The position numbers and the translations under genes were made by a program. The notes beneath the pieces are model-generated. The model was not told the origin of the DNA and did not search any database. It was given only the letters and a program-made list of their open reading frames with translations. Source: Amoebidium appalachense (lineage: Eukaryota; Protista; Ichthyosporea). Taken from it: a stretch of DNA of 64,000 nucleotides. Shown piece after piece: positions 35,329 to 58,085 of the stretch (its first letter is position 1; each line of letters begins with the position of its first letter). Location of the stretch: positions 7,251,962 to 7,315,961 of the forward strand of contig CAVNZM010000007.1 in the NCBI GenBank assembly GCA_963693365.1, given 5' to 3'.

Positions 35329-36504
35329 ATGCAGGCGTCCACTCTCTTCCTTCTTGCCGGCGCAGCAGCCTTCGCCCTTGCAGCCCCCGCCAAGCCAGCC
35401 TTTTGCAAGGGGCTGGAGTGCCCGTTGTTTAAGGTAGATGTTTCCACCCTGACGTCGGCTTGCAAAGCTCCAACGAGTCAAAATAAACTATGTCCTTTTT
35501 ATATGTTAGTCTAGCGTGCGATCGATGCTTCTTTTTATTTTTATTCGCATTAGCCAGCCACGCCCTCCAGGATCCCCCCCCCCCCCCCCCCCCCCCCCCC
35601 CTCGCTCCCCTTCCCTTCCTGCCTGCCTTCCACGCTGTCTTATCTCCTCTCCGCCACCCCCAGCCCGCCCCCCCCCCTCCCCTTCCTCCCACCCTATTTT
35701 CGTGTGTTTGTTGAACGTTTTGTTCGAAGCCACTGTGCATGCTTGGAGATCCTTGCGCGGACTCCACTTTTCACTTGACGTCAGGTCTTGTACTTGGTCA
35801 GTTATCCTGTCTGAGTATAGTCCCACGTTAACCCAACACGCTCACTCTTTAAGTCAACCCCACATGCTCGCCCCTCTGAGGGATCTCCGTTTTCCACAGC
35901 GATCTGTCGTGAGCTTGTTTTTCCTCCCGGCCCACTTCTCGTCCTTGTTCATGTAAAACGCCTCAAAGGAGGTTCAAGTTTCTTGATTACTCTTTATTCT
36001 AACCAGTACCAAAGTTTTTTCTTTGTTCCTGCTCTATAATTGTTCTGGTTTCTTCCAAAAGTCCCCCCCCCCCCCCCTCCCCCCCCCCCCACACACACAC
36101 ACACAAACACACACTCGGCCTCTCCCTAATCCCCCTAATCCCCCCTCCCCCCCCCCCCCCCCCACCCCCCCCCCCCCCCCCCCCCCCCCCCCATCTCCCC
36201 AAAACCCACCCATCCTCAAAAAAAAAAAAAACCAACAAAATACCCAAACAAAAATCGACACAGGTTGAAAACAGCACCTCGGAGTACGAGATACGCCACT
36301 ATGATGCAGCGTTGTGGGCTGTGACTGAGACTGAAGACTATGACGTGGATGGGGCCAGCAGGCAGAGCTTCATGAAGCTGTTCCACTACATATCGGGGGA
36401 GAACGCACTGCAGACTAAGATCGAGATGACGGCACCCGTGACCATTGTGATCAAGTGCGTACATGCTTGTATATGTATTGTGTATGTGTCCTTTTTTTTT
36501 TTTT

Positions 36505-36536
<32 letters not shown>

Positions 36537-36723
36537 GGGGGGAGAGGGGGAGAGGAGGGGGGGGGGTTGCAAATGTGGTTTAGAAGCGAGGTATGCGGAG
36601 CCAAAATTTGGAGTCTGAACATGTAAGAGGACTGAGGAGGGCAGCAATGTGTGCGTGTGTCTGCTTCTGCATGTGTGTGTGGGCGCGCTCTAGGTGTGTG
36701 TGTGTGTGCAGAGGAGAGGGGAG

Positions 36724-36760
<37 letters not shown>

Positions 36761-38482
36761 GAGAGAGAAGAAAGAGGGAGAGCGAGAGCGCGAGAAAGAG
36801 AAGAGCTGAGCATTCATGAATACGTTATGTGGCTTTTGTTCCATACCAAGTCCATCTTTGCAGCCGTTGAAGTGTTTCCATCGGGTATGATTTGCATTTT
36901 CATTGCCTTTTCGAAAGGAAACCGGCTACCTCACCACTAACAAGCAACCTCTACAGGCCCGGGGACGGGCCTTTCTGCAAAACCACATTCCGCATGGGCT
37001 TCTTTGTACCGCTCAAGTACCAAAACCCCCAGGGTCCCCCTAGCCCCACCAGCCCCGACGTGAAAATTGAGAGCCGCCCGTCTATGCGGGTTGCTGTGGC
37101 CTCGTACGGTGGATTTTCACACCAGGAGTCTATGGTGAACCATCTGGAGAAAATGAAAAAGGCACTTGACCGGGATCAGGTGTGTTGCAAATCCTCCTCC
37201 CCCCCCCCCCCCCCCTCCTCCCCCTCCCCCCCCCCCCCCCCCCCGCCCCTTCCCCCCCCGACACATGCACATGCACATGCACACACACACACACACATGC
37301 GCGCGCGCGCATGCTATAACGTACATGGGTGCGCGTGCATACTACACACTTACACACATACATGTACACACACACACACACATACATGTACACACACACA
37401 CACACATACATGTACACACACACACATATACATGTACACACACACACACATACATGCACACACACACACACACATACATGTACACACACACACACATACA
37501 TGTACACACACACACACATACATGTACACACACACACACACATACATGTACACACACACACACATACATGTACACACACACACACGTACACACACACACA
37601 CACATACATGTACACACACACACACACATACATGTACACACACACACACATACATGTACACACACACACACATACATGTACACACACAGACATTGCGCAA
37701 CGGGAGCGACACCCAACACACAAGCACAAACGATCAAACACATACACAGAACCAATCTCTTTTGCGTTCGCCCTCCGCCATTCAGCCCGCACCACCGATT
37801 CAGCCCGCACGATAGAATAAATTAAACACGGACATGTGGAGGTGTGTGTTTAGCTAGAAATGGGTTCTGACGTCCCTCTGTGCAGGTGGCCCACAGTGCT
37901 GTGCCCTACATCTATGCCGGCTACGACTCTCCATGTAAGTTCACATATGTACCCCTTCCCCCCCTCCCCCCCCCCCCCCCCCCCCTTCACCCCCCCCTTC
38001 ACCCCCCCCCCCCCCCTCCACCCCCACCCCTCCCCCCATCCTCCCCTCCCGGGGGCACAGGCCTGACCGCTCGCCTGCCTGATTGCTGCCTAGCACCCTC
38101 TCCTCCAACCCCAAAGTTTTAACCCTTGCCAAGCACACATGTGTGCACGTACACACACACAGGCGGACACACACGCACGCACACGCGCGCACAAACACAC
38201 ACACACACACACACTCTCACTGGTATTAAGAAGACAGACCGTTTTGTGTCCATGACAATTGGACAGCTACGCTTTTGCCTCCCTGCTACAAAATTAGTGC
38301 TGCACTAGTACTCTGGAACGCAGAGAAGGAAACAAAGGGAAATATGAAGGTAGTTTCAATGGAAAGCTAGGGCAGAAAAAGAGGGAGGCAAGGTGACGGT
38401 TGTCGAAAGATTACTATGCCAGTTTATAGCCCGTAGTTACCCCCCCCCCCCCCCTTCTTCCCTCATCTCCGCCGCCCGTGGG

Positions 38483-38517
<35 letters not shown>

Positions 38518-38627
38518 ATACCACCACCTGCTCTTCTCCCTCACTCGACGTAGTCATGACCACCTAATTAATTTTTGCAGTCACATTTGTGGACCGGCAC
38601 AACGAGGTGTGGGTGATGCTCCAGTGA
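35329..38627 (+). CDS. SOUL/HEBP2-family heme-binding protein with signal peptide, 5 exons
   Basis: MQASTLFLLAGAAAFALA..FCKGLECPLFK | YEIRHY..FMKLFHYISGEN..KIEMTAPV | GPFC..FFVP..VASYGGF | YAGYDSP | FTFVDRHNEVW*; introns are GT-AG. Confidence 0.95.
37345..37690. repeat. Higher-order repeat of (CA)n-TACATGTA units in a SOUL intron
   Basis: Directly visible. Confidence 0.9.
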
Positions 38628-38746
38628 TACGGCCACGACACGTGTGTGTGCGTGTGTGCGCGCGCGTGTGTGTGTGTGTGTTTGTGGGTTTTTTTTTTTT
38701 TTTTTTGTTGTTGTTGTTGTGTGTGTGTGTGGGGGGGGGGGGGGGG

Positions 38747-38789
38747 ATTTCAATGCGGAGCACAGTACGAAGTACACATACACGATGAA

Positions 38790-38790
<1 letters not shown>
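38747..38790 (-). mobile_element. Short 3'-tail fragment (F) of the structured repeat family, between two G-tracts
   Basis: TTCAATGCGGAGCACAGTACGAAGTACACATACACGATGAAG is similar to the reverse complement of 40090-40134. Confidence 0.65.
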
Positions 38791-38820
<30 letters not shown>

Positions 38821-39639
38821 ACTTGGGCTGTAGGGCAGAGCCGAATGCATATTGTAAAGTAATTGGTTGCCTGGACTCTTTATACATACATACATATATA
38901 TATATATACACACAATATATATATATATACACACACACACATACATACACACAAATGCGGGACACCCCTTACCATTGTGGTTGTGGGGAATATTTTTATA
39001 AGCCTGTGAATGAACCCACATAGAGAAAAGGGGATATGGTTTAAGACCGATCACGATATTGCCTTTCCATGCGGGCTCACGGTTATCTATGGACGGGTAT
39101 ATCTTTTAATATCTACAAATCTCATAGCGTGTGTCCAGCACACGAAAACATCTGTACAGCAAAAAATAAAGAATGTCTGTGCCATAAGCTTATCTGGTGT
39201 ACATGTGAAGGGATTAATATCGGGTTAAGCACAAATGTCACCTAATTGTATGTATATACTAACAGGATGTGTGTGTACATGGACAACCACCAACCTTGAC
39301 CACTAACATATGTTTACCGCTTTATATAACACTTTATATAAGAAAGATTTTCTAACTGCATATGTGTGCACCTCAGTTATCCACTAGGCATAAATGTCCA
39401 ACCAACCAAACAAGAAAAAAACAATACATGTGCAAGTACATGTCCTTTGTAAGGGATATACGAACGCTGCGAGAATCCATGCCAAACAAAGACATCTGGC
39501 AAGGCCCGGACCTGATGAACGTGTGGTGGTAAACAATTACTTGGACATATTTTCTGAACATTTTCCTTAACTAAAGTCAGTTAAATCTGGGTTTTAGCTT
39601 CGAACTATGATACGACATGGTAAGAATACACCACAAACA

Positions 39640-39678
<39 letters not shown>

Positions 39679-39851
39679 CTTTTTCTAGAGCTGTCAAATA
39701 ATGGTAAATATTTGTAAGACACTCCCAACCCCACACACACAACTCCCACATCATAGTAACAGTAACCCCCCCCCCCCCCCCATCTGTAAGCACATACACA
39801 TTTTTCGCTGCACTGCATTAGTTTGCACACACATCTTCACCGTTTTGCTCA

Positions 39852-40134
39852 CCTTGCTTGCATAAGCAACCCTGCTCGTCTTTGATCAAGACGGGTTGAC
39901 CCGCCCAAGCTCAGTTGATGCTGCTGTCTGAGTTGGAGTGTCGTATATACGCGGGCTAAGGGGTCGAAACTCAGACGCAATTGATGACTTGGGTCCTCCC
40001 TGAGGATGGGCTCTGCTTATGACGCATACTGTGCACATGGCTGATGTTGCATACTTGAATGTTTGCCTTTGCATGTGTCCTGCACCATGCTTCTCGTCGT
40101 GTATGCGTACTTTGTACCGTGTTCCGCATTCAAA
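39852..40134 (+). mobile_element. Diverged subfamily copy (C) of the structured repeat
   Basis: Shares AAGCAACCCTGCTCGTCT..GATCAAGACGGGT, GGTCGAAACTC and CCTGAGGATGGGCTCTGCTTAT with copy A; ends GCATTCAAA followed by poly(C). Confidence 0.88.
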
Positions 40135-40329
40135 CCCCCCCCCCCCCCCCCCCCCTTCTAGAGCTGTCAAATAATGGTACCGTCTGTATTGATGTACATA
40201 TATGATGCATATGGGGCACATGTTGTGTTTCCGGATTGGCCGGAGGGAGCGGCCAATAAATTGCAATGATCCCAATACTTGTAAGACACTCCCACCCCCA
40301 CACACACAACTCCCACATCATAGTAACAG

Positions 40330-40366
<37 letters not shown>

Positions 40367-40391
40367 ACACACACACACCACCAACCCAACA

Positions 40392-44479
<4,088 letters not shown>

Positions 44480-46320
44480 TTTTTTCGCTCGTGGACGTTC
44501 CTTAGCTAAAACTAGCGGGGAAGGCAGATCTCCGAAAAATGCACTGGGATGTGTGCACGTTTCTGTGAGCCCTGCAAGGATCTTTGAAGGCAGAAAGCTG
44601 TACACTTCCCTTGTGTGTGCGTGTATGCGTATGTGTTCACCCCCCTCACATATGATAAAGATTTTTGCGTGTGTGCCGACCCACTTGAACACTTCTATGT
44701 TTTTATGCTAAGGCTTGGAACAAAATCACGCACGTGAAGGCTTGGCTTTTGGATCCTGAACACTGGCGCCCACTATCCTCCTATACCCAAATGGGATATA
44801 TCATGCAAAATGATAATACAATATGCCTTATGAACATTCACGAATCCCTCCCAGAACATGGGCGTCTAATATTTTATGGCATGTGATATTTGCAATGTTA
44901 GCCCCTTTTGTTTTTTGACCTTTGTTGTTTATCCGGATTTTGGTGTGCACAGCATCCGCACAGTGTCACACTCATGCTGTTGCCACAAAATAAAAACTTT
45001 GCAAATTTAGATAGTAATAAGTGCGTCCTCAATTTAAATGTTTGGAAATAGAATGGGAACACAGCCCCTCGTGTGCATGCATGGCTTACTGCGTTTTCCA
45101 GTACGGCAACACGCTTCCACACCGTGTTTAATCATAAGACGCCCCCCGGTGTTATTCACACAACACAATTACAGAAGATCTTCAATCCATTGAGGTTGCA
45201 ACAGGGCGTGGGGAAAGTATGCGAATGAGAATGATCTAGGAGGTTCTTGGCGGGAAATCGACTCACGATGATTGGTTGAATACTCACCGCATCATTGGTT
45301 TGCGCAAACACTCGGGAGCTCTTCTCGGCCAAGGCAATGCATAAATGTGCCTATGGTATATTCAACTTCATGCCTGAATATCCACTTCAAACGTGTACGT
45401 ATACAACCTGCACAAGCACACACATATAAACATGTTTCATCCGTGCACGTACATGTGGAGCCTCCGAATACGAGATACCTAGAATTCGAACCTAGGCCTA
45501 TCCACTAATTAATTAGCTACCGTAGCTTATCCGAGTCTACCGCACCCTCTTAGCTAATTAGACACAGTGCACACAACAATCTAAGCCGAATGGAGCACTG
45601 TGAGTGGCCATGGGCCGGCTGGGAAACATACCGACACTCAACAGCTGCAGCTTGCTCGAGAGCCCACATGTAGAGAGAGAGCATGGTCGAGTATGATGTC
45701 GCCCACACATGCTGGCCCCAATCCAGCGCCTGCAGGAGAATCCGAACACGCGCAAGTGGGAGTGTCCGCACGGTGGACCAAGAGCTAACATTAGCAAGCT
45801 ATTTATTGAAAACACTCACCTGACGCTCATCAACAAGAAGCGCCACACTTCACGTAACTCCAACAATTAACTATGTATACGTACATGCACACGTAACTTC
45901 TGTTTTCGATGTTAAAATTGAGCCTATGTCATTTGACCATTCAGTCTGTGTTGAAATATTTTTCTCCACAAAAAATTAAAGTTAAAAGCTACTTGAGAAC
46001 AGCAAAAATTCACCCTGGGGAAAACAGCCCGGAAAGTATCAGATAGTCAGAAAGTTTCACTAACGTCGAAAGCAACATGACCACATACAATATGCTAGAA
46101 GTCACCCACCATTCGCACAGTTATAAACAGTTACGTTTCAAGTACAGTGCAACATGTACCAATCCGCCAGACTAACCATGCATACAGATCAAATATACGA
46201 ATCGAGAATATGCATAAGCACACCTTCATACCCATATATAGGTCCTAGGAAAGTCGGTCTAGATAATTCATCTCCTCTCTTCTCTACTCTTATTCCAAGC
46301 TTAACTGTTACAGCCAATCA

Positions 46321-51037
<4,717 letters not shown>

Positions 51038-51177
51038 TCCTGCCGCAGTGCACCGTTTACTCTTGTACGGTTGTGGAGTGCAGTTAAGAGTGTTGTGTGT
51101 GTGTGGTTTTCTCGTGGCTACAGAGACAGCAAGCTATAGGTATGGCAACCAAGTCATTAGTGTGTGTGCCTACATAC

Positions 51178-52002
51178 TGGACCTGTGTGATCGGCTCGCC
51201 GCCGGGGGCTCGTCGGCCGTTGGTATGCGGTCAAATTCCTCGTATACGCGTATCAGTTCAACGATCTGTGTGATTAGACCTGGCCGGGCCCATCGCCACC
51301 CCGACGAGCCTGTCGGCCATAAAATGAGGTGTCGATTTCCATCCCGTCAGGGCTCGTCGCCAGTTAACGCTGATTGGCTAAAAGTTTTGGCGCGCTTAAC
51401 ATTAATTGGCTGTTTTTGGCGGCAGAGTTCACGCAGCCTTCATAAAGCAGCGACGCTGGCGGTTGAGGTCAGTTTGCATCGCCCGTTTTTCCAAATAACA
51501 CGACACCGCAAACATGAGTCAGCCTCAGTACACTGCACCCCAGCTTCGTGCCATTACCCGTCAAAAACCACAGTCCCACCAAACTCTTCAGACACCCAAG
51601 CGGCCCTAGCTATGGAAACCAAGGCCTGAGAGTTCTGTAAAGCCATGTTATAGCCGGCATTTACCAGAGCCGTAACAAACCCTTCCAACAACAGCAAACA
51701 TGATTGAGCAGCTGATGTTATAAACAGCATGTACAGCTTTACAAGCTCTTCTTCTGAGGGTGGCCGCATTTTCTACTAATTTCTCGCCCACTTCGAAAGA
51801 TGCTGAGAAAAAAACTGAAAAAACTGAGACAAAAGAAAAGCTGAAAATAGAAAAAACGTTCCCGAAAATGTGACAGGCCCGGCTGGGCCGCCGAGCTTGA
51901 CCGGCCCGTGGCTCACGCATCTGTCCTGCCGACAGGCTGGGCGGAGGCGCCGCCGGGCCCATCGACATCTGGCCCGGGCAGCGGGCTGATCACACAGGTC
52001 CA
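51178..52002. mobile_element. Possible non-autonomous DNA element bounded by ~26-bp imperfect inverted repeats
   Basis: TGGACCTGTGTGATCGGCTCGCCGCC versus the reverse complement TGGACCTGTGTGATCAGCCCGCTGCC; no clear TSD. Confidence 0.4.
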
Positions 52003-53240
52003 CTGTTACTTTGTCCACCTGCCAGCAGCCTGCCAGCAGCACCTGCCCGGCGGGCCAGCCAGACTGCGGTGCCCGCCAAAACTGCGCGCGGCGAGCTGAT
52101 TGGCTACTGATGGCGCCATTGATAAAGAGTGGGGGGTCAAAATTCAGAGAAAACGTAATTTCAACACTGCAAGTTGTTCTGTAGAGCCCTGCTAATGTAG
52201 AGGTATAAGGAGTAGGGAAGACGTTTATGTCAGATTTGCGAAAATTATTTAACTTTATTGTTCTAAGGGTTTTCTTGGCCACCGGTGACCGGCCTCAATG
52301 TTTTTCTGAGTGAGCCAATTTAGGCCTCTTGGAAGTTTTTTTTCTTTTGACTCGGGTTTATTGATCCGATGATGAAGGCAACGTGCAGCCACAGGCTACA
52401 TAACCACCAATAGAACTGAAAAAGCCAAAGCTACGAAATAAAAATAAAGCGACAAGTGACAAAGGACACCAGCGGGCAAAACCTTAAGTGTACGTGTATG
52501 CGTCAAACTAGTTTTCTCCAATTAGTCATATGCATCCGAGTCGATGTTGACCAGACCACACTCCGCAAGAAGACATCATTACTAGCTCCTTCCCAACAGG
52601 CCCCCCTCAAAACCTATCGAGGCACAGCAAGCAAGTCAGCCTCTAAAAGAGCAATGCAGACCAAATCTGAGCTAAAAAACAATCCCAACGGGCCCGACCC
52701 CTAGATAACCCGGAGAAACTGCATCTAGCTCTCTGATAAGGTGGCCTAGTTGTGGCAGGACACACAGAAAAACACAATTACAGAACGCATGCAAGCAAAC
52801 CCGGTCATTGCCATACGACTGGAGGCTAAGGACTGGCAGTCACTTGGAAAGCTCCCCGACGACCAAGTGGCCGCCCCTCCACTCACGCAGCGCAGAAGTA
52901 GCTGAAGAAGTTGCAGCAGCCCACCGCCAATAGGTCGCGTAGAAGCGTAGACAGCGTGTAGAAGTTACCATAGGTTGCAGTGGACCACCAGGCGTTGAAG
53001 AAACCACTTCTCAAGCGAGAAACTCCGCGAAAGGGAAATGCCCCCACACTCTCACAGCAGTAGGAATACACCAGGCCACACCACACACACACGCTGCAGT
53101 CACGTTCCCCTGAGTGGGACTCCCCCTTGGAAGTTGGCACGATGAGCCCCCCCTAGCCACCTATAAAACCATGCGATTTTGGCGCGAACGTTTCAGAGCC
53201 TCCTGGCAAAAAACAAACCAAACACAGCCCGGTTTCAAAC

Positions 53241-54676
53241 ATGGCGGAAATTCCTTCTTTCAACCGCCAGGTTCTCGCTCTAAACAACACAGACACATGC
53301 GCGGATTTCGACCAGGCTATAACACAGCGTGACCTGGAAGAACTCGCACGCAGGCCTAGGTGTCCCGACCTCTCCTCTCTCATCATCCGCTGTGAATACG
53401 ACGATGACAGTTTAGAGTGTAGAACCCTCGTACGCGTCGACTAGAGTAGAGCACAGAAGTGATCGGTGGTTGTTGATAGGAAATTTCGCCCTATCACACT
53501 TGCGTCAGTTTTTCGCCGATTATTCGAAAGTGGCCTTCTACAGGCATTCTCCCGTAACCTATCGATGTTTATTGACTAGTGATTGAATGAGTCCCGTCAT
53601 TCTGGTTTATATATATACCTTCGTCACATAGCTGAGAGAGCTAAGATATGATTGGGTAACTCATAATCCAATCGGAACTAAGCTAAGTGATAAACCAATC
53701 AGATCACCTTCTAAGAATGTTCGGTACGATTCAGGAATATGAATACATTGATCCGGATCTTGAATAGATCCCGGCGGTACGCTATGTATGCACACAAGTC
53801 ACACTATCGCAACAATGATACTCCTCTCGACTTCGAAAACGTGCATTTTCCCGAGTTGACCGGGTTAATCCTCCACTGCTGCCATGTCAAAGACATAATC
53901 TTCAGCAAGAGCAACACTCCTAAGCTGGAGGAGCTGGAGATTGAAAACGTCCAACCCGTGGATCGTTTCGTTCTGGACCTACCCCACCTTCGTCGTGTGG
54001 GCTTGCAGCATCTTCGCATCGAGGACGCATCGCAGTTCGGTCCTTCTCTTTCCCGCTGCCCCAACCTGGTGTCCTTCGGTTCTTACAAGCTGTGGGGCCT
54101 CGGCTCACGTTGCTGTCACGTCGTTTCCCTTCCGAAATGCGAACGTTTGTCGTTTTGGCGCGCGGATGACCTTACCGGTCTTGCCATGTGTGCCCCCATC
54201 CTCACCTCGCTTGACCTACAGGCATGTTTTGGCATTGAGACGCTCTACTTCCTGGAATGGGGCCCGCTCACCAGTACCGAAGTGAATGCGATTACTAAGA
54301 AACTCGGTGCCAGACGCCCGGGCCCACGCAAGCCCATTGACGCTACCATTCTGGAGTTCGAGGCTGAGCTGGCTAAAAGGTGCACCCCCAAATTCAGAAT
54401 CCGCCTGAGATTTCGATCAGCATTGGCAACGCAAATCTATCCCCCGCGGCGGCGGCCTACTTACGCATGCACCCACGTGTGGGCAAGAAGAACATGCACA
54501 AAAAGGCCGAGTGGATGATGGACGGAGAAGGGGGCTTTAGCGACTCTGATGGGTTGGAGGATGAGCTCACCGACTCTGATGAGGAGTACGAGGACTTTGC
54601 GCAGTATTGCGGCATGGCTGGAGGGCTTTCACGCGAGAAGGTGGATGCAATGATGAGAGGACTGTTTGCACGCTGA
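53241..54676 (+). pseudogene. Intronless leucine-rich-repeat (RNI-like) gene interrupted by an LTR-like insertion and a frameshift
   Basis: N-terminal part CPDLSSLII (53241-53417); LRR units FPELTGLIL, TPKLEELEI, LPHLRRV, CPNLVSF, APILTSLDLQAC; C-terminal part in another frame from ~54390. Confidence 0.7.
53418..53794 (-). mobile_element. Probable solo LTR
   Basis: TG...CA ends; the minus strand has CCAAT/ATTGG boxes, TATATATAAA and AATAAA in LTR order; splits the LRR ORF; TSD not clean. Confidence 0.6.
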
Positions 54677-55155
54677 TGCTTTTAGGTGCACACGCACACA
54701 CACATACAAAAATATTACATAAAACGCAAACAGTTAGCTGAGCATCTTGGAACAGACATGCAGCTCCGGGTGTCATGGTTTGTTTCTTTCTGCAACGTAC
54801 ACAAAGGAGTAGTTTTAAGTGTTTAGGGTTAAATTAGTATGGTGAATAGTGCATATCAGTCACCAATGAATAGGGTATACATATTGTAATAGTAGGTGAT
54901 TTGTGGTTTTTGCCTTGAGGTGATCAGTGTTACACGTCTAGATATCCAACCATTATGTCCAAACACATGGGGGATATCCAGCTTGGTGAAGATTTGACCC
55001 TGTTTTTGGAGTTTGTCGTCATATTTGACAACCAAAGTGTATATTGCACTTGCTTGTATCCAAGTGCTGATGTGTAGAAGGCTTGGCTTGGCTTGGCGGA
55101 AAAATATACAGAGGTAAATTACGGTTTTGCACGCTTACATGACGAATGTCCCAAC

Positions 55156-55461
55156 TGTCGAACAGGATAGCCATCCGGTATGCCCTGCGTTAGCGTAGCA
55201 CTAGTGATCGGGAATATTCGAGATATTCGGTATAAACTGGTGGATAGGTTCACGATAGATCAGGATAGATCTAGAAGAGTCTAGAAGATTCTATTGGAGT
55301 GTTTTGATTGGTAGCGACTAGATCCATAGCGGCGGGTAGACCAATCGGGAATAGTATGTAACATTCCAGTGAGCCAGACCACAAGTATATAAAGGTCCCG
55401 GCGGGCCAGTCAATGCAAGTCAGCAAATAATAAAGTCTCACAGAGAAACCTCTAAGTTACG
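55156..55461 (+). repeat. 5' LTR (306 bp)
   Basis: Matches the 3' LTR except at three positions seen by eye, including the terminal A. Confidence 0.95.
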
Positions 55462-55508
55462 GTTACGGACCCAGTACAACGCTACGATCAAGCGACTGTT
55501 GAGACAAG

Positions 55509-58085
55509 ATGGGAAGAGCAAAATGTCCAGTTCCCATGTATGAAGGAGAAGGCAAGGGCAAAATCTCCTACTCAATGTGGGCCATGCGCATGAAGTGCTT
55601 CCTCGAGGGCGAGGAATTATGGTACACGATTGAAGACGTGGCTCCTGAAGTGATAGGAGAGGACGGCGAACCGGTGGAGCAACCTCCGGTGGAGATCGAC
55701 CCCTTGGATCAGAAGAAGGCGACTTCCTACCTGGTGGAGACACTAGGTGATGTACCTGCAAGCCTGTGTCGGCGAGCTATTGCCGTAGGAAATCCCAAGG
55801 ACATATGGGATACGGTAGCATCATACGCTGCGCGCAACACAGATGAGCACAAGAGAATGTTGATTCAACAGTTCTGGCGTGCTGATATGATGCCGACGGA
55901 AAGCGTGCTGGAGTATGCGGCCCGTCTGGAGTGCATTGTGCAGGATCTTCTTCATATCGATCCCAATGGAGTTAGTGAGGACATGGTTGCCGAGAAATTC
56001 CTGGACGGTGTAGGCGCTGACGACCGATTCCGCACCGACGTTAGGACCATTCAAGCTTTACCAGCAGCTGAGAAGACAATGGAAAAGATAATCGCCAAGC
56101 TGCGTGGTTTTGAGGAGAACGAGGCTGCAAGGGAACAGCAGCGGGTGATGATGACCAGCACCCAAGGGCGCGGCGGTACGCCACGACAGGACACCGGCAA
56201 GCCGCGCGTGACTGACATATCCAAGGTGGAGTGTTACAAATGTCACAAGTTTGGGCACTACAAGTCACAGTGTCCAAAGAAGAAGAAGGGCGGCAATCGC
56301 GGCGACAAGGCGAAGCAGAACGGAGCTTCCAAGGAGATACTCGCCATGGCGGTAAACAGCGGACTCCCTTCTTCAACTGAGTGGTATTGGGACTGCGGCG
56401 CAACCTCCCATGTCACATGCCGAAAGGACTGGATGGAAGACTTCCGGTCGATCACACCCAAACCCGTCGCTCTGGGTAACACCCCGGGTGTGATGGCGCT
56501 AGGAATAGGCGTCGTAAGATTAACAAGTGAGTTCCAGGGCAACAGCATGACATTTAGACTGCAGAATGTGCTGTACGTGCCAGCATTTGGAACTAACGTG
56601 ATGTCGGCTTCAAGCGCCGGCAAGCACGGGTTAAGAGGCATCACCGACGGTCGACAGTGTACGATTGAGAGTGCCACAGATGGCCAAGTTGTGGCCCGTG
56701 GGGTAGTGGAGGGAGGCCTGTATCGTCTCCTAGTGAAACCCGTATGTGAGAGCGTGAACATGGTGACCACTGCAGTCGGCAGCAGTGGGGGTAACACCGT
56801 GTGTGAGCCGGTAAAGGGCAGCGCCAGTTTATGGCACCGGCGGTTTGGTCATGTGGCAATAAACACGCTACAGAAGATGGTTAAAGAAAACATCGTCGAG
56901 GGTCTGTGCATCGACTGCAAAACCCAGGATGACGGTGTGTGCGAGGGATGCGCGAGAGGGAAGCAAGCCCGGCTCTCTTTCAGTAAGCTACCCCGCAAGA
57001 CAGCGCCAGCGAAGCTCGACAGAGTTCATTCTGATGTGGCAGGACCGTTCAACAAGGAGTCGCTGCAAGGTTCCAAGTATTATGTCACCTTCATCGACGA
57101 CAAGACAAGGTTCACTACGGTGTACTTCATGAAACATAAATCCCAAGTGCATACTTACTTCAAGAAGTACAAGGCACACGTAGAGAAGCAACACGGTGCC
57201 AGCATCAAGATTCTGCGTTCCGACAACGGGGGTGAGTACACCTCCACTGAGTTCAAGTCGTTCCTGGAAGCGTGCGGCATTGAACATGAGGCGACAGTCC
57301 CTTACACACCAGAGCAGAATGGTGTAGCAGAGAGGGCTAACAGGACCATTGTCGAGACGGCGCGCTGCATGCTGCAGTCAGCAGGCATGAGTATGGGGTT
57401 CTGGCAGCTAGCAGTACAGGCAGCTGTGTACATCAAGAACCTGACGCCAACCACAGTACTGGGTGGCATGACACCTTGGGAGGCATGGTATGGAGAGAAG
57501 CCCGATGTTAGCCATCTACGTGTATTTGGTAGCAAGGCATTTGTCCATGTGCCGAAGGACGAGCGCAGGAAGCTAGACGCCAAGAGTCGGGAGTGTAAAT
57601 TCGTCGGCTACACAGGTGACAGCAAGACGTACTTGTTGTGGGACACCGAGGCGCGCAAGACTATCGTCGGGCGAGATGTGGTGATCGATGAATCATGCAC
57701 CCCAAAGGCCGGTATTCCGGTGGTGCAAGATGAGCCAATGGAATTGCTGATGCATAAGCCAATCGGAAATCAGCAGAGCTTGGAATCGAGGGATCCAATC
57801 AGCGCCAAGAAGCAACATTCCTTTCGGAAGCCTACAATCGGCACTGACAGTGGATATGATTCAGATGCTATCGGCGACGGCGCGGGCGAGGACAGCGGCG
57901 ATTCGGACGCGGCAGGGTCAGGAGACGAGGAAGATAGTGCAGAGTTGCAGGTTGCAACCAGAAGTGCCTATCCGTCTATGACTACAAGGCGCGGTGGGAC
58001 CTACGGCATCAACGCAGGTGTAGTAGAGTACCGCGACAGTATCAGCATGGCAATTGAGAGTGCTGATAGCAATGAGGATGTCGGA
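55509..58085 (+). CDS. Copia Gag-protease-integrase portion (frame stays open to 58571)
   Basis: CYKCHKFGHYKSQC zinc knuckle, WYWDCGATSH protease, LWHRRFGH..CEGC, VHSDVAGP, LRSDNGGEY, EQNGVAER. Confidence 0.95.

Noticed and set aside
52456-53200. Non-repetitive stretch with short ORFs (also 45550-45830)
   Set aside because: Many stops and no recognisable motif; cannot support a call.
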